A stretch of 58,592 bases of DNA, counting the filler, from Platydemus manokwari (lineage: Eukaryota): the NCBI GenBank assembly GCA_037951405.1. It is 4 parts of 4 records of this genome, joined end to end, with 100 filler letters (N's around TTAATTAATTAA, not from the genome) between each part and the next. Parts side by side here need not be neighbours in the genome. Positions count along the whole stretch, not along the records: positions 34,643 to 58,592 come from JBBMOY010555550.1; 3 more parts are not named here. One strand, given 5' to 3'. A program made the position numbers and the translations under genes. Shown here one piece after another: positions 38,470 to 49,500 of this stretch. Positions within the stretch are counted from its first letter, which is position 1, and every line of letters starts with the position of its first letter. The notes under the pieces were generated by a model that was given only the letters and a program-made list of their open reading frames with translations, was not told where the DNA came from and made no database searches.

Positions 38470-41390
38470 CCGAATTTGTTTAATTTACTAATCGATCCAA
38501 CGACCTGCGGCTGAATTGGTTTAGTAATGGATTCATTAATGGGACCAACAGATATTTGATAATTTTCTAGGAGAAAATTAAAACCAATTTAAAGATGAAT
38601 AAAATTAGAAAAACACCACTGAAAATTAAGGAGAAATGAAAAACATGGAAAAGAGTTGACATATTCCGAAGAGGTATTCAATTTTTATCATTTATAATTA
38701 CTTTAACCGGCTTTGCAATTCAAAAAAATAATAATAAAATATAAAATAATATGATTATACGGAAATTTTCATATAAATATAAATATAAACATCAATAAGT
38801 AAACAATTTAGTAAACAGTTATGATAAACAAACCAATCTAATTACAATGTATTAATATAAGATTTATTTCCCCAATAATATTTTTCAAAATCGAAACACT
38901 TATTTGATTCCAATGATAAGCTCATCGAATTTCAAAATACAATGTTTTCACTAAATTTTACCAACACAAATAACTTACCCTAGGCAACCAATTATAATTT
39001 CAATATAATTTCATATTAGTATATCAACGTCAATTCATCTTCGTCTATCAATTTTCTTCAGATTCTTTGTACCAAAACTAGTTCGAATATTTTAGGCTTA
39101 TTAGTTATAAAAAGATAGAATTATTCCAATCGAATTAAAGCTCTTAAATAATATTGTCATTAATTTAAGATTTATTTTTGAATATGCCATTCCAATGAAT
39201 TAAAAATGTTTCTTTAATTAAATACAGTAAAACACAATCATAATATGATATACAACATTTAGTAGTAACTCTCCAGCACTGACCAGCCAAGACAACAAAT
39301 GTATAACAAAGATACTCGGTAACGTTGCAAAAGCGAATGAAAAGACTTCACATGAAGAAATCTCGAAACAAAATATCAGAAACATCAATCCCAAAAAATC
39401 AATTTAAAAGTCGATGTGAGGACTTGTGTCACTCCATCATGAAGACTGCTATGTTTATAAATCTAAATATATTATTTTACTACACAAAGTTTGGGGTTGA
39501 GTAAAATTCGACGTATATAGTCAAATCACAGAAAAACGAATTTTAAACAAAAAAGATCATAAAATCGACGAGAAAAAAGTCCGGAAAATTCAGTCAAGAG
39601 TCAGTTAATTTTATCTTTCATTTAATTTTTATGTTTTTAAGTTTCATATCTTAATTCAAGGATTTTAATCGATAACTTCCTGGTTTCCTATTTTTCATAG
39701 GAGTATGAGGGTGTTTGTTCCATTTTGTTTAAATGAGCCAATAAACGATGAAAATTCGAAAAGTAATCGTAAATTTCCAGATCCTTGATTTGTTGCAAAC
39801 AAGCTGTATCCCAATTTTTGCGTATACCATTTTCACTGGTTTATTTCTGGATTTTTAACACAATAATCTTTGTTTTCTTAATTAGTCCTTCGATTATCTT
39901 GAAACGGAGTAAGTCAAAAAAGTTAATAGAAAAAACTAAACTATGATGACACCATAGATTGAGTGATAACTAGTATTAAACGTTGCTTTATAGACAGTAA
40001 TCCGAGTTTTAAAATTCTGACTTATAAAATTTTTAAATAACTACTTATTATTTACACTCTAGTTGGTGGTACACCTATATAAATATTTTCTTTCATTACC
40101 ATTTCTGATTACTTGCAATCTTTATACTTAAGATTATTATGATATCGCACGGCTCTTATCCATTAACACTAAGTCCTACCAATGGGATTTTATTAGGTAA
40201 TTTATCAGTGCTCAATATCATTATATATACATACAACAACTCTTCAACCATACTTATATTAAACATTTGTGGTTATAATTATAAATTATATTCATGTTTA
40301 ATCATCACTTCAATTATAAAATAAACTTTCAGACGATAAATAAAGTACTAATCATTAATTGTTTCATTATATTAAATTTTAAAATAATCAGATATAATTA
40401 TGATTACCAAAAATATGATATTTTTTCATTTATATTTCAATTAATCTAATGAAATTTTCCGCTTAGTATAATTACGATAACAACTATCATTTAAAACAAA
40501 TGTTGTCACTAAAAGCTAACTCATTCGATCCAATTATAAATCTTTTTTTAATCAAAGGAAATTCTTTATTTATGTTAGAGAATGCATAAACAATCGGCTT
40601 AAAATATTATCTATGCTCAGCTGAATAATTTTTGCATGCATCATTTTCACAATGAAACCAATTATTTATTTCAATTAATTTCAAAAGATAAATAAGAAAT
40701 AGATTTATAAAATTGTAAATTTGCATGACAAAAATTTTCCAAATATATGTTTGATCAGAAAGCAAAAAATTCCTTTTGTATTTATTTAAAAAGATTACAT
40801 CGTTATCAAAGTCAAAGCATTTCTGGTTTGATGTTATAAAATAAAAATAATCCATTATCAAAATTAAATATTCATTTCAAAAACTTTCAGTGATTTTTTT
40901 GAAATTATTTTTTATTTGATGAAGAGAGTTTGATAAATTTTTTTGAAAAGTAGTTTTGCATGAAAAAGTTCAAGTTAAAAGTTTACAAAAAACAAAAAAT
41001 TATGAAATCAAAATTAAATAAGTACAAATTAATAAAGGCGTTTCCGTAAAATTATGGATAGTTAAAAGAATTTTATAATTGATTAAATGATTTGACTTTT
41101 TTAAAATAAATATTTAAATTCTCATAGATTAGTTTTAGGAACAATTTATTTTCATATTTCAACTTGCTACTTTTTAAAGTGCATAACAAACACCAATTGA
41201 TTTTAATAAACAAAAAAATAGTTTTACATTATATGAAGTCCACATCTAATGTATATTAATTTTTAAAACATTACAGACTTTCGAATAAAGTTACAAGATT
41301 TTTTTTTAAATTGAGACTTTTAAATCGATTTTTAAAAATCATTTGTTTGAATTCTAACAAAGCATTAATCTTTGATAATATAAATATAAG

Positions 41391-43223
41391 ATGACATCTC
41401 CAGCTATCGGTATTGATTTGGGAACAACCTTTTCCTGTGTCGGTGTATTTCAACACGGTAAAGTTGAAATTATCGGAAACGACCAAGGAAACAGAACTAC
41501 TCCATCATTCGTTGCTTTCAATGACAGTGAAAGACTCATTGGAGATGCTGCCAAGAATCAAGCTGCCATGAACCCAACTAATACTGTTTTCGATGCCAAA
41601 AGATTGATCGGAAGAAAATTCAACGATCCTTCATTGCAAAATGATTTAAAACATTTTTCATACAAGGTTATTGAAGAAGACACCCGACCAAAAATTCAAG
41701 TTGAATTCAAAGGTGAAAACAAAACCTTCTCACCAGAAGAAATTTCTTCCATGATTCTTTTGAAAATGAAAGAAACAGCAGAAGCTTATCTTGGAGTACA
41801 AGTTAGTGATGCCGTCATCACTGTTCCAGCATATTTCAATGATAGTCAGCGTCAAGCAACTAAAGATGCTGGTGCCATCGCTGGTCTCAATGTTTTGAGA
41901 ATTATCAACGAACCAACTGCAGCTGCCATTGCTTATGGACTTGATAAGAATGAAAAGAAAGTTAAAAACATTTTAATTTTCGATCTTGGAGGAGGAACTT
42001 TCGATGTTTCTATCCTTGCAATTGAAAACGGTATTTTCGAAGTCAAATCAACTGCTGGTGATACCCATTTGGGTGGTGAAGACTTTGATAACCGCATGGT
42101 TGATCATTTTATCCAAGAATTCAAGAGAAAGCACAAGAAGGACATGAGTCAAAACAAGAAATCACTTAGAAGACTAAGAACAATGTGTGAACGTGCCAAG
42201 AGAACTTTGTCATCAAGTGCTACTGCCAACATTGAAGTTGATTCATTATTTGAAGGTATTGATTTCTACACTTCAATTACAAGAGCTAGATTCGAAGAAC
42301 TCTGTGCTGATCTTTTCAAATCAACTCTTGATCCAGTTGAAAAGGCTTTGAAAGATGCAAAGATGGATAAGAAATCTATCAGTGAAATCGTTCTTGTTGG
42401 TGGTTCCACAAGAATTCCAAAGGTGCAAAAATTGCTCCAAGATTATTTCAATGGAAAGGAGTTGAACAAATCAATTAATCCAGATGAAGCTGTTGCCTAT
42501 GGTGCTGCTGTCCAAGCTGCCATCTTGTCTGGAGATACCAGTGATATTGTCCAAGATATGCTTTTGTTAGATATCACTCCTTTGAGCTTGGGTATTGAAT
42601 CCATTGGTGGAGTCATGTCAACCGTTGTTAAGAGAAACTCTACAATCCCAACTAAACAATTCGAAACATTTACAACAACCGAAGACAACCAAACCAGCTT
42701 GTTGGTCAGAATTTTCGAAGGTGAAAGAGCCATGACTAAAGATAACAACTTTTTGGGTGAATTTAATTTGAATGGAATTGCCCCAGCACCAAGAAACGTT
42801 CCTCAAATTGAGGTCACTTTTGACATTGATGCTAACGGTATCCTTAATGTCTCTGCTGTTGACAAGGGTACTGGAAGCAGAAACAAAATTACCATCAGTA
42901 ACGATAAAGGTCGCTTGTCAAAGGATGATATCGAAAGAATGGTAGCTGAAGCTGAGAAATTCAAAAAAGAGGATGATGATCAAAAGGAGAGAATAAGTTC
43001 CAAGAACGCTTTGGAAACATACGCTTACCAAGTCATGTCCACTGTCGAAGATCAACAATTCAAAGATAAGTTCACCTCATTTGACAAGATTATCGTATCA
43101 GACAAATGTGAAGAAGTCATCACCTGGTTAGAAAACAACCAATCGGCTTCTAAAGAAGAATTTGATTCAAAAAAGAAAGAATTAGAAAAGGTCTGTCGAT
43201 CATACATGAGCAAATTGTATTAA
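41391..43223 (+). CDS. hsp70: Intronless cytosolic-type HSP70, 610 aa, lacking the C-terminal GGMP/EEVD tail
   Basis: All three HSP70 signatures ([37 protein letters not shown]), plus [15 protein letters not shown] and linker DMLLLD. Ends CRSYMSKLY*, with AATAAA right at the stop. Confidence 0.97.
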   Translation: MTSPAIGIDLGTTFSCVGVFQHGKVEIIGNDQGNRTTPSFVAFNDSERLIGDAAKNQAAMNPTNTVFDAKRLIGRKFNDPSLQNDLKHFSYKVIEEDTRPKIQVEFKGENKTFSPEEISSMILLKMKETAEAYLGVQVSDAVITVPAYFNDSQRQATKDAGAIAGLNVLRIINEPTAAAIAYGLDKNEKKVKNILIFDLGGGTFDVSILAIENGIFEVKSTAGDTHLGGEDFDNRMVDHFIQEFKRKHKKDMSQNKKSLRRLRTMCERAKRTLSSSATANIEVDSLFEGIDFYTSITRARFEELCADLFKSTLDPVEKALKDAKMDKKSISEIVLVGGSTRIPKVQKLLQDYFNGKELNKSINPDEAVAYGAAVQAAILSGDTSDIVQDMLLLDITPLSLGIESIGGVMSTVVKRNSTIPTKQFETFTTTEDNQTSLLVRIFEGERAMTKDNNFLGEFNLNGIAPAPRNVPQIEVTFDIDANGILNVSAVDKGTGSRNKITISNDKGRLSKDDIERMVAEAEKFKKEDDDQKERISSKNALETYAYQVMSTVEDQQFKDKFTSFDKIIVSDKCEEVITWLENNQSASKEEFDSKKKELEKVCRSYMSKLY

Positions 43224-43585
43224 ATAAAGTTAAATAACGGATCTATTCTTTTATTTAGTATTAAATATTTTAATTATTTTAAAAATGCGGATTTTAATTA
43301 TTATTGGTTATTTCAAAAATGAAATTTCTGTTGAGAAAGTTCTATACGTTGAATCAATTTTTATATTGTTGTAAAAGTAAACGGATTTATTTTCGTCTTA
43401 TTTCAAAAAATGACATTTTATTTTGTATATTCAAATAAGCAACGATGCTGCTTTTAATTTTTTTATTTTATCTTTAAATCTTAAAATTATTTTTGCTTTT
43501 TTAAATAAAAAACTCGACAACAATAAATCGGACTGAGGCCAAAAATATATTTGTAAAAGCACTAAAACAGAATATAAATAAATTT

Positions 43586-46500
43586 TCAAATGCCTTCGGG
43601 CTTTTTCATCTTGGAATTATATTTGCGTATTAGTTGTGATTGACTGACAACTCCGTGTTCTTCTTGAGAGAAAGCATATCCGCCTAGAATATTATGTAAG
43701 ATAAAATGATCACAATCCCCTCATACAACCGAAGGATTAATTTACGAAAAGTAATTATGTAACTTAATCCAAGATTCATTTGTATTAATAACTATTTATT
43801 GGATAACCATTGGATTTTTGATAACTATGACCAAAACTTGACACATAGATTGCCAATGTTTATATAAGAGATAATAATAGTTTATCAATTATTTTCATAG
43901 TTATTATTAAAATAAAGTATTTATTAATTTATTATCAAAATCCTTACGATTGATATCCTTCACCAGTTTGTCATCGCGTGAGCGAAATGAATTCAAAAAT
44001 TTAAATGACACTCGACTAAAAAATTATTATATATAATATATAAAAAATATCCTTTATGCCTCTTAATTTTTTCCATGACTGGAGGAATAATTTTACCCGG
44101 ATCTTGATCCTTCTGTTCCATTTGCATGACCCTTTCTCTGAGAGATTCGAATAATGTCGTTTTAATCCTTTAATATGAATAAAATTGCCAGATGAATTGA
44201 AATTTATTGAAAAATATATATTACGCTTTCCATGCAATATCGCGAGTAAGTGCCACACATGGAATAATAATAAATCCAAACCAAAACGAAGCACTACTGA
44301 ATACGGATTGATACTGGGATAAAAGTATGAACATAAAACCAATATTTATAAAAGCAATATTCGACAACCATTAGAGACATATCGACAGATGTGCCAAACA
44401 TTTGGAAGAAATGGGAATAGATTATGAAACATACAAACCACGTTACAATACTACCCCATATACCGATGTGGGACAGTCCTGTCCATGTAATATGTTCCAA
44501 TCCAGCTTTCATTGACACAGTAACAATAACAGACTATTTATACATGTTAATACAAAATAAACATTATAACAATATTTACAGTGTAAATAAAATTCCCAAG
44601 AAACCATAAGCCACCAGTTTGGCCATTTTTGAATGGAATATCTATCAATGAATGGAATAATTATTTTATGGTAATAATAAATAATTGTGATAAAAATAAA
44701 TTTGTTATCAATTTTCCGGGTTTCTTTCCGATAGAAATAACAACCAATTTAACATGAATCTGGTAGAGAGTTCAGAACATTATTTATTTATTCATGTTGA
44801 TAATAAATAATTTATTAATAATCATCAAAATAATAAGAAAACGATTTTCTTTAATATAAGAGATTCGTGAATGAAATATTTATATTATTATTATTCCACT
44901 TCATCTCCATGGAAATATCCAAATAATAGAAATAACAGAACCATATTTGATGATCAAAAGAAGCGTTTTATCGACACTTTTCAAATTAATCGAGGGAAAT
45001 CCTTCAAAACAGTGATGTTGGTTTAAAATTTCAACCTCCCAATGGATCAATATACAAATGAATTATATTATTTATCATGAATTTTAATTAACTTTTAATA
45101 TCGATGTGATTTTTCTAAACAATACAGCATTGTAATAACGGTCCCCATTAAATATCAAGTCAGTGAAAATAATAAATGTCTTCATGGTAAATAGAAACAG
45201 ATGAAAATCATACCGTGATTATTACTTAAAATAGTAAGCCAGAATATGATGAATGAATGATATAATGCATTCAACATCCATTGGATAAATACCTATGAGG
45301 AGAAATGAATTAATATATCGGTAAAAACAATTTTAAACTTTGTAATCAAAATGAGAGCTGTGTTGGATATCACGATATAGTTGAGGATATTTGATAGTAT
45401 TTTTAGAGCTACAACTGCGATCAAATAATCCGAGAGCTAAAGGTGGAAGAGAACTGAAGAACTAAATAACAATGAGCGACCATCCAATATATCGATCGGT
45501 ACAACTTACCACATTGTAAAAACTGATCGTCCAACGTTCAAAAATGATTTGACCAGAAAAACCACTTATAAAGCCAAACCAAAATTGAATGATAAAAAAA
45601 CAACAATTTTTATAAAAGAAATAAAGAATTAATTTTCGGATTCGTTCGAGATTCCAAGCACCATGAACAAGTAACAAGCGATTCAAAAATCGGAATTGTG
45701 CAATCGAATAATCGGCATTGGAAGCCGCTTGTTTGCCTTCCAATCCGTTGATTCCGACACCAACATGAGCTGCCTATTAATATTGTTTCTAGTTGTAATA
45801 TATAAACAAAGATATGAATTAACTTGTATCATAGCAACATCATTAGCTCCATCACCAATTGCAAGAGTTATGGTATCATTAATACTTTGTTTCACTAAAG
45901 TGACAACCTCAGCTTTTTGTGAGGGACTTACTCTAAAATTATTGTTAGAGTAATGAATGAATAATAAAAATGCATATTTTTATTCACATAATATTCAATA
46001 ACTTGATCATGAAATCATAGCATTTTTATACAATTTTTCTGCACAAATAATTTCTCAAAAAATGCCAAGCAAATCGAATCGTAAAACAGTTCATTTTGGT
46101 CGGATAAATTCCCAATAGATATTATTATGATTCCTAAACTTTTCAGAATAAATATTACTTAGTGCCCCCAAACTAATCTACACAATTTTTTTCAACTTTT
46201 AGTAGCAATTTATAAAAAAATCTTAATGTTATTATTTTTTGTTACTTAATTTTAACTTCTCGTAATATCACAACAAACTAACCTTTCTTTTAGTTTTATT
46301 TCAGCTAATCATTACGGGGAATCCCAGAAATACCACCGCTCTACTACCAGACTTCAGCGTTGCAAGCAGCATTGAGTCCGCGATTACACATACTTCAATA
46401 ACAATTAGTGAGAACGTACAGTGCGTTGTTTAAAGACAAATTAAGCGTTTTGGGCAAACAAGATACATCAAAATTTTTAATAATCATTTTCTTACATTAT

Positions 46501-49500
46501 TATAGTTTTATCGTCCCCAAATGAGCTTGTATTCACCACTGACCCTCTGGATCTTTGCAGCGCTCACTTTGGGAATCACTGCTCTAATATATCATATATC
46601 ACTAATTAAGATTATTACTGTATTATATTATTATTAATATTTATTTTTTCTAAAATCAATTAATTCTTTCTCAGTTTTCAATATGAAACCTTGAGAATTA
46701 TGAAACTTGTACCGATATAATAAGAACTCTAGCAAGTCTATTAAAAGCGTAAATGTTGACATATAATGGAACTATTCTATTTCAATAACATAATGCAGCT
46801 GAATAACTTATTCATAACTCTTTATCAATAAATGCAAACCAAATATATAAATACATACTAATTGAATGGAAAATCGAACTTACCTGCAACAAATCACGGA
46901 CTTACAAGAGAGAGCAAGTTGCAGAAAATTAGTTCGACATTGAAAGTCCAAAGCATATTTGAGAGTCTACAGAACGAAAATCATTAATTGATCAGTAGAA
47001 ACAAAGGATGATGTTTTTTTCTTATGGATTATTTGACATTTATAAATGGATGCTGACTCACTTCACCACTGATAATCAATCCAATATCGTTTTCTTTGCC
47101 AAGATTATCACCAAGTAATTGCATAATCATATATATTTGAGCTCGAGTAGTATCAAGTGTATTCGAATCAAGAATACACAAACTCATTGACTGATTCAAT
47201 AGTTGACAAGAATATCCTATTCATAGAGATAATAATAATATATTGGTCTTTCTTTTCAGTTGCATACCAATATTTATTGCAGTTTCTTGTTTATCACCAG
47301 TAAGAACCCATATTTTTATTCCAGCTTTGGTCAAATTTGATATTGTTTCAGGAACTTGTTCTTGTAATTTATCCTCAATAGCCGATGCTCCAATCAATAT
47401 CAAATCCTACACACATCACAATTCAATAATAAACAGTTTATTCAAATTCAGAGATAGACTTTTTCAATCATTTCTGCAACTTCGGCAAGCTTTTCTTCTC
47501 GCTTTTCAATGGCAACATTGGCTTGATGAAACAAACTATTCCATTTCTCATATTCAACACAATCAATTTCCGTATAAGCCATACATAAAGTTCTCAAACC
47601 TTATATCAGTGATAGCAAAACAACAATTGATTATATGAAGAATTAATAAAAATAAATACCGAGTCTAGCAAATTTTTCTAAATGTTCCAAGGTTACTTGA
47701 CTGTTTTGAGATTGGTCAGAGAGTCGCTCGTAAATGACATTATCCTATCAAAAGTAAAGATTCACATAATGTTAGAAATATATATCAAAATTGGTAAAGG
47801 GATTTGCAAAACTAGATCTTATTACAAATTATATTTCTGTGATAATAATAATCTAATTACATTAAGTTTAAATTTGCTATATCACAGCCAAATTCATTTA
47901 CCAAACTTATTAATATCCGACTTCAACGAATATGAATATAGAAAAATACTAGTTGCTGGAATCATGTTATTATGTTATTTACAAAACAGACCACTTTCAA
48001 TTTACCATAAATAACGATATATTGACCGTTCTGGCTTGACTGATGACATAAAACTACCATTATTTAAGATTTCTTATTGGTTTCATGAAGTTTTTAACCA
48101 ATTTTCTTAGATTTTTAATATATTTTTTCTGCAAACTAGTTTAACATCGACAGTTTCCCTTGTTAGAAAATCGCCTTATTAAAGAAGTTTCATGATAAAA
48201 TAAATAGAATCATTATATATACAAACAACTCTTTTAATTATCTGAAGCTTCCTTACTAGTGGATAAATGTTATTAAAATTGAAACTTGGATAAAAAACCA
48301 ATAAATATGGTGTGTACATAGTAAGGAATAATTAAAATATTAAAAATAATTTAATATTCATAACTATAAATGTTATTATTATTTATTAATTTACTGCTAG
48401 AATAAATATAACTCGCAATTTGATCGTAAATATTATATAAAAAATTAAAACATAGATTGTTATTCTTACAGCTCCTTTACAAAAGAGAATGATTTTGGAT
48501 TCTGGTGTTCTGACAATAACCGACATACGTTTACGGAGACTGGTGAATTCAATAACATTGAGTACGTCGTATTCATAATTTTTATTGTTCTATTGAAAAT
48601 GTAAATAACCTCTTATTAAATGATACTAATAATCCTTACAACTAATATGTTAACACTATCTGGTGTTCGAGTGTGAAATATATATCCCATTTCCTTAGCG
48701 GCTTTTACCAAAGCAGCTTCATCTAAAATGATTAAGTTCCGTTGATCATTCATCAACATCAATAATATTAACAGCACCTGGACTAGATGCTTGATAAATG
48801 ATATCATCACTTTCATCTTTTTCCGGTATAACCGTGTGACAAATACTTAAAGCCTTGAAGAACAAATCAACACTAGGATCACCGATATGAATCTTCTTCA
48901 ATAAATCTCTATCGTGTTGAATCAATTCATAATCGTTGTCATCGTCCCTGGATATCATTAACAAATAGAAAATGAGGATAAACAGATAAACATAAAAAGT
49001 ATTAAGTAAAAGACTAAAGATTTTTGTCTCGACCCAGGTTTAACAAACTTGATAGTCTTATCTCAAAATACCAATACTTTAAAAATCTTTAGTCTTTCAT
49101 TGAATATGCTTATGATATGGTATTATGAATAAAATTCTGACAACATTTGAGCATTATTGCAAACATTAACGTTAATAACAAGAATTATTAAGAGAAAAAT
49201 AATTAGTCCAAAGTTTTCGAGATCCAATTTTTCCTGGCTATTTTGATGAAAAATTGTATCATAATGAATATGAAAAAAGTACAAAACCCTTTACTAAGTC
49301 ATTGATGTGTATAAAAATACCTCAGAATAATGTTAACAATAGTTATATGCACTTAGGCAAGTTCAACTATATTTGGTAGAAGCTTAGCCTATATTATTAT
49401 TCTTATTTCTTGTATGATATTCTTATTGAAACCATATTGAGTTATCATAATTAACTGATTTTGTAGAAAAAAACAGGGATACATTAACGGATAATTATAT

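Noticed and set aside
39310-39460. LQKRMKRL frame near the prohormone gene as a second precursor
   Set aside because: No signal-peptide exon, splice sites or planarin motif.
42497-42806. Antisense ORFs within hsp70
   Set aside because: Antisense open frames are a common by-product of hsp70 codon usage; short and motif-free.
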